From: Takakia lepidozioides
Lineage: Eukaryota; Plantae; Bryophyta
Direction: 5' to 3'
NCBI GenBank assembly: GCA_030704615.1
Contig: CM060734.1
Coordinates: forward strand, 61,814,001 to 61,878,000
Length of the DNA stretch: 64,000 bases
Below, one piece after another: positions 52,001 to 64,000 of the stretch. The notes beneath the pieces are model-generated. The model searched no databases. It was not told the DNA's origin and saw only the letters and a program-made list of their open reading frames with translations. Every line of letters begins with the position of its first letter. Positions within the stretch are counted from its first letter, which is position 1. The position numbers were made by a program, and so were the translations under genes.

Positions 52001-53243
52001 TATCCCTCAGGAACAGCTAATGGCTTCTTATTTACAAGCCAGAACTTGGCTTTTCAGTCTTCACAGGAGGTGCAGGAGATGCCAATGATACAGGAGCCAG
52101 TACCACCACCACCACAACAGGTCAGTGTACCAGTAGCTGAACCTGTGGTTACTACAAACCACCACAGCCACCACAGCCGGAGGTATGGGGCAATGCCGCT
52201 TTTAACCCACCTAAAACTCCAGCTGCAAGGGAGTACAGCAGGGCTATGCTTATGCCCTTCAACCAAATTCCCATCATGTGGATTTGGCTTGGAAAGAATT
52301 TAGTCCTCCGCAGTCATTCGCACATTACTACCAAATCATGCGTATTGGCTGCCAGTGGCAACTAGGACTAAAGTTCTTCCAAACAATCGACATATTGAAG
52401 ATCATCACTTTGCACAATACTGGCACGAGCAGGTACATGTTGAGGGAATTGTTGCTTTCCAGGTTGTTGTACATGGACTCATTTATACCAAGACCAAGGA
52501 GATAGCAAGTATTGTCATGGGGTGCGGGCTATACTACGCTGCTTGTTTTCTGGTACGTTACCACATTGAGCAACAAAAGATGCAAACACGCTTTCAAAGT
52601 TACTCCAGTGGAGATCATGGGTATTACCTTCGGTGCCACCTCATATGTACCTATATGACCCAAAAGTTATGATGCAGAAGGATTCTCAAATTCGTTCATG
52701 GTTTCAAGCAGCCTGCAACCATTTGTCAACACAGAAATTCGGACTTGATGACATTTTCTATAAGGGACATGTGGCATGGAAGTACTTGCACGCTGCACCA
52801 GTAATTGGTACCCCCACTCACCTGGACAGACAAGGAGCTCAGTGTCTACACCAATTTTGCTGTTCAGCGGTTACACCAAGTTGTAAAATGCAAACTTCCA
52901 GACATGGTAGGACAGCATTGTATGCCCCAGATGATTCCACAAAAAGGTTCGAAAATTAAAACACCTGAGAGGTGATGAGGATTCTGATACAACTGTTCTT
53001 CACAGAATTCTTTTGACATGGAGAAGACTATGCAATTCAGATGGCAGAAAAGAAGCGACGGGGGTCTCCTATGCCGGAAAGGTTACCTCGATATCAGCCT
53101 CCAGAGGGCCTCACTTATCAAGGTAGTGATCAACCATCTCCGTCAACCAGAGACAGACCTCGGGCTCGTACACACAGTCCACCACGAAACTCTCAACGTC
53201 AACAGGTGCTCACTCACAAAGGTTTGCTACTCGGAAACAGTAA
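49086..53243 (+). CDS. Giant 3' extra ORF of copy E; first 677 codons open, later frameshifted
   Basis: ORF 49086-51119 then fragments to TAA 53241-53243; probable start ATG 49488 (MEELTDY). Confidence 0.85.
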
Positions 53244-53265
53244 ACCGTGAGGACACGGGCTTTTT

Positions 53266-53285
53266 GAGGGGGAAGGGGTGGAGGA
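53266..53285 (+). promoter_or_regulatory. Polypurine tract of copy E
   Basis: GAGGGGGAAGGGGTGGAGGA before TGTTAG. Confidence 0.85.
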
Positions 53286-54204
53286 TGTTAGAGGACTGTA
53301 GGGGACTTAGACCCCAACTATACGGATCTGTAGGGAACCCTTAAATTTTTGAACAGACTGAGACCAACAGGAGCCTTAGGGGGTGACAGCCCGCACTGTA
53401 GAGGGGGTGGTTACACGGCAACCCACAGCCCGTCACAGTCGTCACAGCCACACAGCCAACACAGCCGTCACAGTCGTCACAGCCCACACAGCCCACACAA
53501 GCCAAACACACAGTCGCACAGCCAGTCACAGCCCGTCACAGTTTCACACAGCCAGTCACAGCTTGACACAGCTGTCACGATCATAGGGAACGAAGAGTAG
53601 GACAGGGAACGACTGTGGGGAACAACACTGCGAAGGGAACATGTTAGTTCACAGACGACGGTTAGTGAGGGAAACGGTTAGAACTGCGGATAGGAAGATA
53701 ATAGAAAAAAACGGGGAGGGAATTGAGGGGATCATTATTCGGAGGAGGACTTCTTAGTCAGGTGGGGAGCGGAGATCAGAGGAAAAGATGGAGGCACGGT
53801 GAAGAGGAAGAGGATTAGTAGATGCTTGTTATATGCAAAGCTATGTAGTGATATTGTAGAGCAGATTAGAGACATAATGGCTTCGGCCTGATACCTGATA
53901 AATCATAATCTGATACTTATACGATACAATCACACTGTGTAGAGAGATTGAGTGAAGCTGTGGATTGAATGGATGAGTGAAGGAAACCGATAGATTGATG
54001 AAGCAAACTATACTTAATTATCAATGGTAAGGTAGCTAAGATGAATGCGAAAAGGGAAACAAATAGGAAACACCCCCATGATACACTAGCTGTAGGTCAT
54101 GACTGATGTTCTGCGCGGGCTGAGTACTTAGAGATTTCCAACTCTTCATCTTGGAGTTTCCGCCTCGGATAGCGAAGGGATGGGTGAGTAAAAGCCGCGC
54201 GACA
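53286..54204 (+). repeat. 3' LTR of copy E (919 bp)
   Basis: Near-identical to 41087-42001 apart from small indels. Confidence 0.97.
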
Positions 54205-55126
54205 CACCCTCACTGTGTGAAGAGCCTTGCTCTTCCATTGCAGTGGTTTCTGGCTCAAACACTCCATTTCCTTTCTTTCTTGCGCATCAAGTAGCCAGAA
54301 TCAAGAATTATTTGAGCAATAATGATTGGGCCAGACACTATGATAGGAGACTGCGGTAGTACCTTGTAATCTTTTCATCTCCTCCACTAGTGGTTTTGAA
54401 ATTATCTACGACCCATGTACCTCTTTGTCCCTTCAGGCTTTGAGTATTTCCTCCGTGAAGGATTCGCTCAATACTGTTGGTTCTGTTTCATGGCAATCAG
54501 AACGTTCAATACCTGGCCTACCTCTTTTTTCCCTGGGGTACACAGCCTTGGTACAGCAAACCATGGTTTTAAAGAAACGCCCTTCTTGATAAGTCCCCTA
54601 TTTGCAGTCTTGCCCTGTGTTCCTCCACATGCACCTGTCCTGCTGGCAATCGAAACAATTGCTGGGGTATAGGGGAGTATAGTAATCACTAATTCAACTC
54701 CCTTCACCGTTGTTGTTCCTGTCCTGGCTCAAAGTTCTGCAAAAATTGTAACATGTACTGTCTTGGTGTTAATGTCCAATCTATGCTTTGCAATCCTTGC
54801 AATCTCAGCTCCTCAAGTATCGATCGCCTGTGGGGTAGCAATCGTTTGTTTCTGCAGAATTGTGGTGCTCTTCACCCTGATTTCCTCCATTCCTCTCACT
54901 CTCTTCATTTTAGACTCACAGAACTGTTTGTTTGGCTGTAACAACTACAAAAATGCCTGTAGTGCACAAAGCATAAACGTATGGTTGCCACAAAAAGCTA
55001 TGGGTAATTCTTGTAAGCCTGTTGAGCTTGCAAGCATCGTTCAGAGAAAAAGCTCCGCTTGTTTCTTTCGTGTCTTTGCCACTGCGTAAGTAATATTGCG
55101 AGCGTATAGTCTGTTAGTTCCTCCAT
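54205..55126 (-). pseudogene. 3' extra ORF of copy D, N-terminal portion (indel-rich)
   Basis: Continues the sequence interrupted at 41086; MEELTDYTLAILLTQW, KGVELVIT, VGQVLNVLIAMKQ. Confidence 0.82.
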
Positions 55127-55588
55127 AGTTTCCCAAGCTATAGCATTGATGGTCTGTCCCGTCGAGACGCCGTTACTTGAACGACGCCGCCTCTTGCGCT
55201 CAATTCCTCCATTTTCTTGATCCTTTCTCTGGCTTTCTATTGGCTGTATCCGCTGTGACTGGATTTTAGATTTCATTTCTTTAGTGGACTTTCCCTGCTG
55301 GATAGTCCACTAGGTCACAAATGTGACAAGATTTCGCTTTCTGTACTTGCCTTTTTTCCGTTCCCCTTTTTTCCGTATTCATTAATGGGGCCGCCTTTTC
55401 ATCCATTTTGACGGCCGTTCTTGTCCTCTTTCGTTATGACACCTGTTCTTGCACTTCTTCTAGCTGTGTATCGCGCCCGACTTCCACGTGTCTATTTTTA
55501 ACTGGTTTCCGTCTTTTCTGCCGTAGCCATTTTCCTAAGTTATTGTGTGTCCACCTGTCACTGATTCTATGGATGGTGTAACTTAGTA

Positions 55589-55708
55589 GGCTGTGTTGAG
55601 CTGTGACAGGCTGTGTCATACTGTGGTACGCTGGGTGATAGGCTTTTGTGACACGCGGTGGTAGGTGGTGATAGGCTGTGTTGTGCCGTGCTGGGCTGTG
55701 ATAGGCTG
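55589..55708 (-). repeat. Internal CACAGCC tandem array, copy D (short)
   Basis: GTGATAGGCTG units. Confidence 0.75.
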
Positions 55709-58700
55709 GTTCGCCTTGTCCGCCCGCCCTGGTCATATATGCTTGGCCTAGCGACAAGTGCTCCATACTCGTTGGTAACACTGGTGCAGCCCGTGATTGC
55801 TCTTGCGTTTCAACTGCAAATCATGCTGCAAGGGTTTGTCATGGATACCACTGTATCACTTTAACTTATTGGCATTGACTCTTCCCAGCATTCTTTGTTA
55901 ATGGTTTGTAACATGGCGGTGTTGTTATCATACATCTTTTGTATGACATAAGGTCCTTTCCATGGTGATTTAAGCTTAGAAGTTTAATCTTTCCTTTCTT
56001 CTGCAACCATAGAACCAAATCCCCGTCTTAAATGTCTTTAACTTGCCTTCATCCAACTGTTCCTTTCTCTTCATCTGAATTCTGGTCATATTATCAGCTG
56101 CATCAGCACGTACTTCTTCCCTGGTATAATTCATGTTTCCTGACCTTAATGGAATCTTGCAATTCCATTCTCTTTCCCCACTCCGTTCTCATGGTAGGTA
56201 ACAGGAATTCCACTGGAAGTAAGCCTTCCATACCATAAAATATTGGAATGGTGTATACTTAGTGTGACTTTGTATGAAGTCCTGTATGACCACAAAACTG
56301 TCAGCAGCTTTGTATCCCAATCAGTTCTGTTTGCATTGGCTATCTTAGCCAAGATAATACATAGTATTTGTTGGTAGGCCTCTGCCTGCCCATTACCCTG
56401 GGGTAATATGTTGTAATCTTTCTATGCACAATCATAACTCTTTAGTCAAAACTCAATGGTCTAATTATGAAGTGACTTCCCTGATCACTGATAAATTCTA
56501 AGGGACAGCCAAATCGTGTAAGTATGTTCTCATACAGGAACCTTGCTGTGGACTTGGCTGTGTTGTCCCTCAAAGCTTTAGCTTCCACCCACTTTGTAGT
56601 ATAATCAGTGGCTGAATTATGTACCTGTTCCGTGTATTCTTGGCTGGTGGGTTAATTGGTCCAACAAAGTCTAGTCCCCATTTCTGAAATGGTTCCGTAG
56701 GCATTGTAGGATGCAAGGCCATCCTTCCAGATCTCTGCAAAGGTCCTAGCCTCTGACATTCATCACAACTCTGACAATACTCGTGTACATCTTTGAACAA
56801 AGTAGGCCACCAGTAACCTGCAGTAGTATCTTCCTACTGGTAGTCTCTTCTCCAAATGACCTCCAGCCACTCCTTTATGAACTTCCTCCAAAACTTTATT
56901 TACTTCATGGTGGTACAAGCATCGTTTTAGTACTCCATCAGGTCCTAGCTTATACATTCTGCTTCCTACCATAGTATAAGGTAAAGCTTTGATAGCGATT
57001 CTCTTCCTCTGCTCCTTACCATAACTAGGTGGGCACTGACCATGAGCAAGGTAGTATCTGATTGGCCACTGCCAATCTAACCAGTCATCTGCACTTCCCT
57101 GCACCTCCACTGCAAATAGACTCGCATCTGGTAATTGATCATCTATTCCTGTGGCTGGTTCTCCTGTTGATAACCGTGACAAGTGATCCGCCACAAGATG
57201 CAGTCTCCCAGGCTTGTAAACAACCTCGAACTCAAACTCGTGCAAGATTATCAACCATCTTGCTATTCTTCCGCTTATCAGAGGTTTGTTTACCAGGTAT
57301 TCAGAGCCTGGTGATCCACATAGAACATAAACTTCTTGCCCAACAGGTAATGCCTGAATTTCTTCACTGCATAGATCATTGCCAATGCTTCTCTTCCGTT
57401 GTGCTATAGTTCCTTTCAGCACTGTTCATCAACCGGCTAGCATAGTACACAGGTGAATCTATATTCCTGTAACATTCTGGGCTAACACCGCTCCCAACGC
57501 TTCTCCTGATGCATCGCATGAACATGGAATACTACATGCCAGTGAGGGTTAATCAGCACAGGTGTAGTTGTTACTGACAGTGTAAGTTCCTCAAATGCCT
57601 GTTGACATTCAGCTGTCCAGGCAAACACTGCATCTTTCTTCTTCAGTAGTTTGCTCAATGGTGCTGCTATTTGTGCATACCTTTTGACAAATCTCCTGTA
57701 ATAACTGGTTTGCCCAGGAATCTCCTTAGACTTTTAACATTCACTGGTGGTGGAGAGGCTTTAATGGACTCTGTCTTTCTGGGATCCACAAGGAGTCCCT
57801 TCTTACACACAATGTGTCCCAGAAGCACCCCTGAGTTCACACAGAAAGTACACTTCTCTGGATTCAGGCCCAGACCTCTCATCCTGCATCTGGCCAACAT
57901 AACTCCAATTTATGCAAGTGCTCATTCTTAGAGCTGTACACACTGAAATCATCCAAGAATACCTGCATGAAATCATCCAGATACTCATGAAAAGATTCAC
58001 TTATCACTCTCTGAAAGGTCGCTGGTGCATTACAAAGTCCAAAGGGCATGACTTTGTATGCAAAGCCCCCCAGTCTGTGATGAAAGCTGTTTTTCCTTGG
58101 TCTTCTCTTCTGCCACTTGCACTTGATTATAACCACTGAAGCCATCCATGAATGAGTACATCTCATGGCCTGCCACAGTGTCTAATACTGCTTCTGTGAA
58201 TGGCAAAGGGAAAAGATCTTTCTTCGTACAAGCATTCAGCTTCTTGTAGTTCACACATACTCTTAGTTTACCATTCTTCTTGGGAACTATAACAATGGGT
58301 GACAACCAAGTTGTATACTCTATTGATATATAAACTTAGCCTCAGCCAACTTCTTTATCTCTTCTCCAACCTTCTGTGCGTAGTTGGGATTCATTCTGTA
58401 CCTCGCCTGCTTGATTGGTACTGACCCTGGTTCCAGTTCAATCTTATGCTGACAGACTTCAGGTGGTATCCCTTTTAGATCCTCATAGCTCCAAGCAAAT
58501 ACATCTCTGTATTTGATGAACAAGCTTTTAGCTTCTTCAAAGAATCCGGCTCCAAATCAGCTCCTACTTTCACCATCCTCGGTTCCTCTTTAGTTCCCAC
58601 ATTTACTTCCCTCACTTGCTCATCAGCTGTGATTGTCCAACCAGTCACCACTTCACCTGTAAGCTCACAGTGGCTGGTTCTTCTAGGATTTCCATTTCTC

Positions 58701-61700
58701 CTTCTCTTTCCTCATAGAAATGTGATGGGTAAATGCTGGTTTCCTCTTCAGTTGGTGTTGCTGTCACTACACCACAGCAGATACCTCTTAAACAACTTAG
58801 GCTTTCCAGCCGCATCTCTGCAACCTGCTCCCCCTCTGGGTGTGCAGCAAATAGGGTAGCTTCCTGCTCCTCATCCAGTCCTCCTTTCCAGTCATACTCT
58901 CTGACTCCTCGAGGTCTTCTTGTAGCAGGTAATCTACTAGATTTCTTTGTGGTAATTTGTATCTCGTGTATCCCATTATGCACGTTTAGTAACTGAGATT
59001 CCAGTCATGGAATACCCTGGCCTGTTTCAGCCACGGACGTCCCATAATAAGGAGTAAGCCTCCATGACTTCATCCATCTTCAACACAGTTACTGTGATCA
59101 TAAAGATCATCTTCTTAACTCCTCTTATTAATCCCAATGGCTGTACACTTCTTTGATCTGCCATTGTTACTGTAAATGGGGCTGGTTTCATGTTACTTAG
59201 ACCAAGCTTCTTCCTTAATTGGTCTGTCATGATATTTACTCCAGAACCTCCATCTATCAGTACATCAGTTAGTTCTGTGCTTCCAATTCTCAATTGGATT
59301 ACTGGCATAGAATCATCAAAGTCCATGACTGTTTCTCGCCCTTCCGGCTTCACATTATAACTGGTCACCTTGCTGTTCAGGTCTGTGTTTCCTGTCTCCT
59401 GGGCAATTCGATTGATTGCTTGATACAGCCTGTGCCTACAATAAGGTGCCACAGCTAATAGCTGTCCAATGGTAATTTCTGCTTTGGTCTGGCATATTAC
59501 TTCAGCCAAAGTCTCTTCATTACTTTGCATGTCTGCATCTTCTTTCTTCCTTTCTTCCTCACTCCCTTCTTCTTCTCCATCAGAATCAGAGGAATCTGCC
59601 ACAGGAATATCAGTACTCTTCTGCATTTCCCTTATAGTATCTGCCACTTCCTTGTGCAGTTCCTTCTCATCTTTCCAAGTCTCTTCATCTTCATCTTCAG
59701 CATATCATTGCCACCTTCATTATCATCTTCTTCCTCTACTACTGGAGGTATTAGTTTGGCTTTACTTCTTGTTACTATCATTGTACTTACTTCTGGTACA
59801 ACACATGGCCTAACCATGTGAGCTGCCACCACTGGGCCCTCATTCACAGGAGCTCTCATCTCATTCTGGTGTCTTAATCCAGAATGAACAGGCTGCCTGC
59901 GATGTCCTGGCTGATTACAATAGTAACATAGTTCTTCACCATTGGGTCCTCGCCCTTGGTCTGTTCTTGGATTATTTCTATAATCCTGATTCCCGGGCTG
60001 GTAATTCCCCTTGGATTACCCTGATAGTTGCCTCTGGAATTTCCTTGGTAATTCCCTCTTGAATTACCTCTCCCTTCCATGCCATTGTTATAACCACCAG
60101 ACCTACCATAGTGGTCCTGATCATTGTTTCTTCTTGGCTGGGGCTGCACCTGATGCACCCTTACTTGCCTAGGTTCTCTCTGCAGCTGTCCTTCTGTTGT
60201 AGTAACAATTCTCAGTAGAATGGTTATCCATTTTACAGATAGTACAGTGTTTCTCCTTCATGTGGCATTCTGTGGTGGTATGGCCTTCATTTTGGCACTT
60301 TGCACACCATACACCCTTCCTCCAATGTGTTGCAGCCTCTGTGGCATACTTCTTCAAGATTTCTTCCAATCTTTTCTCATAGTTATCCTCTTCAACTTCT
60401 CCTTTCTCTTACTCTTCCTTTTTTAGTTCTTGCTCTTCTTCTTCATCTGACTCATCCTCAGAGTCCTCATCATCCTTTTCTCTCTCCTGAGCATTCCCAA
60501 TTGCTCAATTCTGTTTGCAGTTTCAAATGCCTCCTCCACTGTATTATGGGGTAACATATCCACTTTCTTTTGCAACTCTGGTCTTAGTCCACTCACAAAC
60601 CAAGTCTTCTGTAACCGGGTGCTGGTACTGCAGCCAGCTTTTTCATCATCAATTCCATCTTTTCCATATACTCCTCAACAGTTTCATGCTTCTTTTGCTT
60701 TAACTGTTGTAAACTTCCATACACTTCATCCTCAGTTTTACTTGTCCTGAACCTATTTCGAAATGTTGTATTCAAGCCATTCCAGGTTAGGAAATGATTA
60801 TCAGGGAATCTTGCATACCATTCACTTGCTTTCTTGATAAGTGAACAAGGAAACAATCTCATCTTGGCATCATCGCCATTCTCATTGTTCACTATACACA
60901 TGTGCTCAAATTGGCTAATGTGTACATCGGGATCCCCTTTTCCTGAATATATTGGAAAGGGTGGTTTTGCCCGTGTTGGTTGTAACGCCATCTGTGGCCC
61001 TACCTTCTGCCCACTGACAGGTGCTGGCACCCTTGCTGGTGCTGGTCCTTCTGGACCTGTTGTTTTTGTGGTGGATCTTCCACCAAGTGGTGGCCCTTGA
61101 GCACTCCCTGCTTCTGGCCCCACGATATTCACAGTATTCCCAGCTTCAGTTGCACTACTTCCACACTCCCTGTCCCCCCAGAGCCAGATCCAGGCAGCCC
61201 GCCTGATCCCCCTGAGCCGACACCTTCGTTGGCCTGTGATCCAAGTGCTCCACTTGATCCAGGTCCAACGGGTTGGGATGTCCTGGTTGTAGTCTCACCT
61301 CAGCTGTTGGGTCTACTACTTCTTCATATTCTTCCTCTTCCAATTTCTTCTCTCTGTTTTCATCCTCCAAGTTCTGCCCTTGGTTTCTTCTTCACTCATG
61401 TAACTCAAACTTGTAATGGTGTTGGAGAGTCTGAACTCTCCGTTGGCTCTGCCACATCCTCTTCTCCTTCTTCACCTCTGCTTCAGAAACTGGAGTTCCT
61501 GCTTTTTGTGTTCCATGCCAACTCTTATCAAAGATTTCTGTCAAATCTTTTATCCAGGATGTACCTCAGATCTTTCACCTCGTGATTGATCTTCTTTCCT
61601 GTACCAATTCCCTTAATCTTTCTTGCAAAGAAACAGAAGGAGTGGCATCCAACTCTAGTTCTTCCGTATGGGTGATGTACTCTTTGATCTTAATGGTGTG

Positions 61701-61822
61701 AGAGGTCCAGATGATTCCCCTATGTCTATTCCTCTCTCCCAAAGATATGGATAATTAGCTTTCAGATAGCTTTCTCTTTTTGCTGAATATCTCTGGCGTC
61801 TAGCTTCTCTTTCATCACTCAT
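55690..61822 (-). pseudogene. gag-pol of copy D, heavily frameshifted
   Basis: INT 56146-57422, RT 57667-58523, PR 59027-59647, gag 59874-61822. Confidence 0.92.
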
Positions 61823-61843
61823 GTCCCATGTCTTTCATTTCTT

Positions 61844-62541
61844 TTAATGTGGCAATAACCAAAACTCTCTTCTGTAATATCTCTCGTATATGCCTGGGTT
61901 TCTTTCAAGCTTCAATGCACCCTGGCTATACTTGAAGTCTCCGTTACCATATAACCATATGGCAAACAAGTCTGGAAAGCTGTTCTTGGTGTGAGTTTGA
62001 TCCACAAAATATCCTTTGGAATCCAATTCTTTACCAGTACAAGCTCTTCATGCATATGAGTATAAACATTCACATTTCTTTCTCTCCCCAGCCTTCAAAC
62101 TCTACTCGCTTAATGGATAGCAATGCTATCACATAAACCAATGTTGGTAACCAACGTGCTCTTCCTCTACAGGCTACCTGATAAATCTTTCACTCACTCC
62201 TTTCTCCAGACCCCATTCTGGATCAGCATCATGCACTCGCTTAAGAATATTTTCTTTACAACCGTCTGGCAATTCCAAGAACCTTTGAAAGAATTGTTTG
62301 GACAATCTTTCTTCCTTCGTTCCACAGGGATTTGATTCACTTCAAATTCTTTAATGGTCCAACCACCATGATCCCACCAGATGCCTGTCACATCTGGTTG
62401 TTCATGACCCAGTTCCCCAGTATGGTCGCCAAATGTCGCGCGGCTTTTACTCACCCATCCCTTCGCTATTCGAGGCGGAAACTCCAAGATAGAAGAGTTG
62501 GAAATCTCTAAGTACTCAGCCGCGCAGAACAATCAGTCATG
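61844..62541 (-). pseudogene. 5' LTR/PBS-spanning ORF of copy D, frameshifted
   Basis: Fragments 62194-62532 and 61844-62026 match the 231-aa ORF. Confidence 0.7.
62414..62431 (-). promoter_or_regulatory. Primer binding site of copy D
   Basis: TCCCCAGTATGGTCGCCA on the + strand. Confidence 0.87.
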
Positions 62542-63251
62542 ACCTACAGCTAGTGTATCATGGGGGTGTTTCCTATTTGTTTCCCTTTTGGCATTCATGT
62601 TAGCTACCTTACCATTGATAATTAAGTATCAGTTTGCTTATCAATCTATTGGATTCCATCACTCATCCATTCATTCCACAGCTTCACTCAGATCTCTCTA
62701 CACAGTGTGATTGTATCGTAAAAGTATCCGATTATGATTTATCAGTATCAGGCCGAAGCCATTGTGTCTCTAATCTGCTCTACAATATCTATAGCTTGCA
62801 TATAACACAGCATCTACTCATCATCTTTCTATCTTCACTTCCGTTCTTCATCTCTGCCCGATCCCCTCTCCTGCATGACCAAGAAGTCCTCCCTCCCTGA
62901 ATGCTTCCATCGCCAAAAAGCCCCTTCTCCGTCCTTGCTTCTCCTTTATCTTCCTACCCGTGGTTCTAACCGTTTCCCTCACCCTCACCGTCTCCGTGAA
63001 CTAACATGTTCCATTTGCAGGTGTTGTTCCCCACAGTCGTTCCCTGTCCTGCTCTCCGTTCCTATGGTCGTGACAGCTGTGTCAAGCTGTGACTGGCTGT
63101 GTGAAACTGTGACGGGCTGTGACTTGGCTGTGCTAATACTGTGTTGGCTGTGTCGGGCTGTGACTGGCTGTGTGGCTGTGTTCTGCTGTGACGACTGTGA
63201 CGGGCTGTGTTGGCTGTGACGACTGTGATGGGCTTGTTGTTTGGCTGTGAC
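62434..63251 (-). repeat. 5' LTR of copy D, truncated by the gap inside its tandem array
   Basis: Starts TGTCGCGCGG at 62434; matches 37087 onward. Confidence 0.93.
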
Positions 63252-63751
63252 NNNNNNNNNNNNNNNNNNNNNNNNNNNNNNNNNNNNNNNNNNNNNNNNN
63301 NNNNNNNNNNNNNNNNNNNNNNNNNNNNNNNNNNNNNNNNNNNNNNNNNNNNNNNNNNNNNNNNNNNNNNNNNNNNNNNNNNNNNNNNNNNNNNNNNNNN
63401 NNNNNNNNNNNNNNNNNNNNNNNNNNNNNNNNNNNNNNNNNNNNNNNNNNNNNNNNNNNNNNNNNNNNNNNNNNNNNNNNNNNNNNNNNNNNNNNNNNNN
63501 NNNNNNNNNNNNNNNNNNNNNNNNNNNNNNNNNNNNNNNNNNNNNNNNNNNNNNNNNNNNNNNNNNNNNNNNNNNNNNNNNNNNNNNNNNNNNNNNNNNN
63601 NNNNNNNNNNNNNNNNNNNNNNNNNNNNNNNNNNNNNNNNNNNNNNNNNNNNNNNNNNNNNNNNNNNNNNNNNNNNNNNNNNNNNNNNNNNNNNNNNNNN
63701 NNNNNNNNNNNNNNNNNNNNNNNNNNNNNNNNNNNNNNNNNNNNNNNNNNN
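63252..63751. other. Assembly gap (500 N)
   Basis: Run of N. Confidence 1.
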
Positions 63752-63752
63752 C

Positions 63753-64000
63753 ATCGTGGATTTCGCCTCATGCGGCAAGGCCGTTTTTCCTCTTAATTCT
63801 TTTGCCTTATTACGTCCATTTGCCTCGATCGTGGATTTAACATCATGCCGCTAAGACCCAAAAAACAAAAAAACACACATTTTTTTTCTTTTTGGCCTTA
63901 TATATGTTTGTGTGCCTGGATCATGAATGATCGTGGATTTGGCCTCATTCTGCTAAGGCAAATTGTTTTAAAAAAAAATCTTTTTTGCCTTATATACGTC
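63753..64000. repeat. Degenerate tandem repeat, three units of about 70-100 bp
   Basis: ATCGTGGATTT..(C)TCAT..GC(T)AAG at 63753, 63828, 63930, each followed by TTTT(G)GCCTTAT(A)TAYGT. Confidence 0.7.

Larger units (their letters stand above)
41087..54204 (+). mobile_element. Ty3/Gypsy copy E (subfamily II), complete 13,118-bp element, TSD CACCC
   Basis: Two LTRs, PBS, PPT; CACCC at 41082-41086 and 54205-54209. Removing it restores TGCTAGTCCACCCTCACTGTG as seen in copy B. Confidence 0.98.
37087..63251 (-). mobile_element. Ty3/Gypsy copy D (subfamily I), essentially full length, interrupted by copy E; 5' LTR runs into the gap
   Basis: 3' LTR 37087-38201, 5' LTR 62434-63251+. Both LTRs share private variants (ATCGTAAAAGTATCCG, CGCTATTCGAGG). 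Confidence 0.95.

Noticed and set aside
49086-53243. Calling the 3' ORF a retroviral envelope
   Set aside because: Position fits, but I see no signal peptide, fusion peptide or convincing transmembrane segment; NLS-like and coiled-coil features dominate.

Overview
Eukaryotic repeat-dense window, most likely from a land plant (a non-seed plant is plausible but cannot be established here). About 56 kb of the 63 kb of called bases belong to ONE Ty3/Gypsy LTR-retrotransposon family. It is a non-chromovirus with order gag-PR-RT-RH-INT, no chromodomain and no extra archaeal RNase H, so Athila/Phygy/Selgy-like. There are five copies plus a solo LTR: A (1-9554, -), B (10055-22603, -), C (22604-29453, +), solo LTR (35846-36864, +, TSD AACCA), D (37087-63251, -) and E (41087-54204, +, complete, TSD CACCC). 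E is nested in D and B is nested in C. The family has an unusual architecture. A conserved 231-aa ORF starts inside the 5' LTR and reads through the PBS. A single gag-pol carries three CCHC knuckles. A very large (~1250-1500 codon) sense ORF follows pol: PMD/Transposase_32-like N-terminus, coiled coil, unknown globular domain, basic tail, no evident TM segment. CACAGCC-core tandem arrays sit both in the LTR and directly upstream of the extra ORF. The non-LTR interval (29454-37086) holds the 3' end of a CACTA element, a complete 1.2-kb non-autonomous CACTA element (TSD TCT) and a decayed HMA1-like P1B-ATPase gene split by the solo LTR. There are two 500-N gaps.
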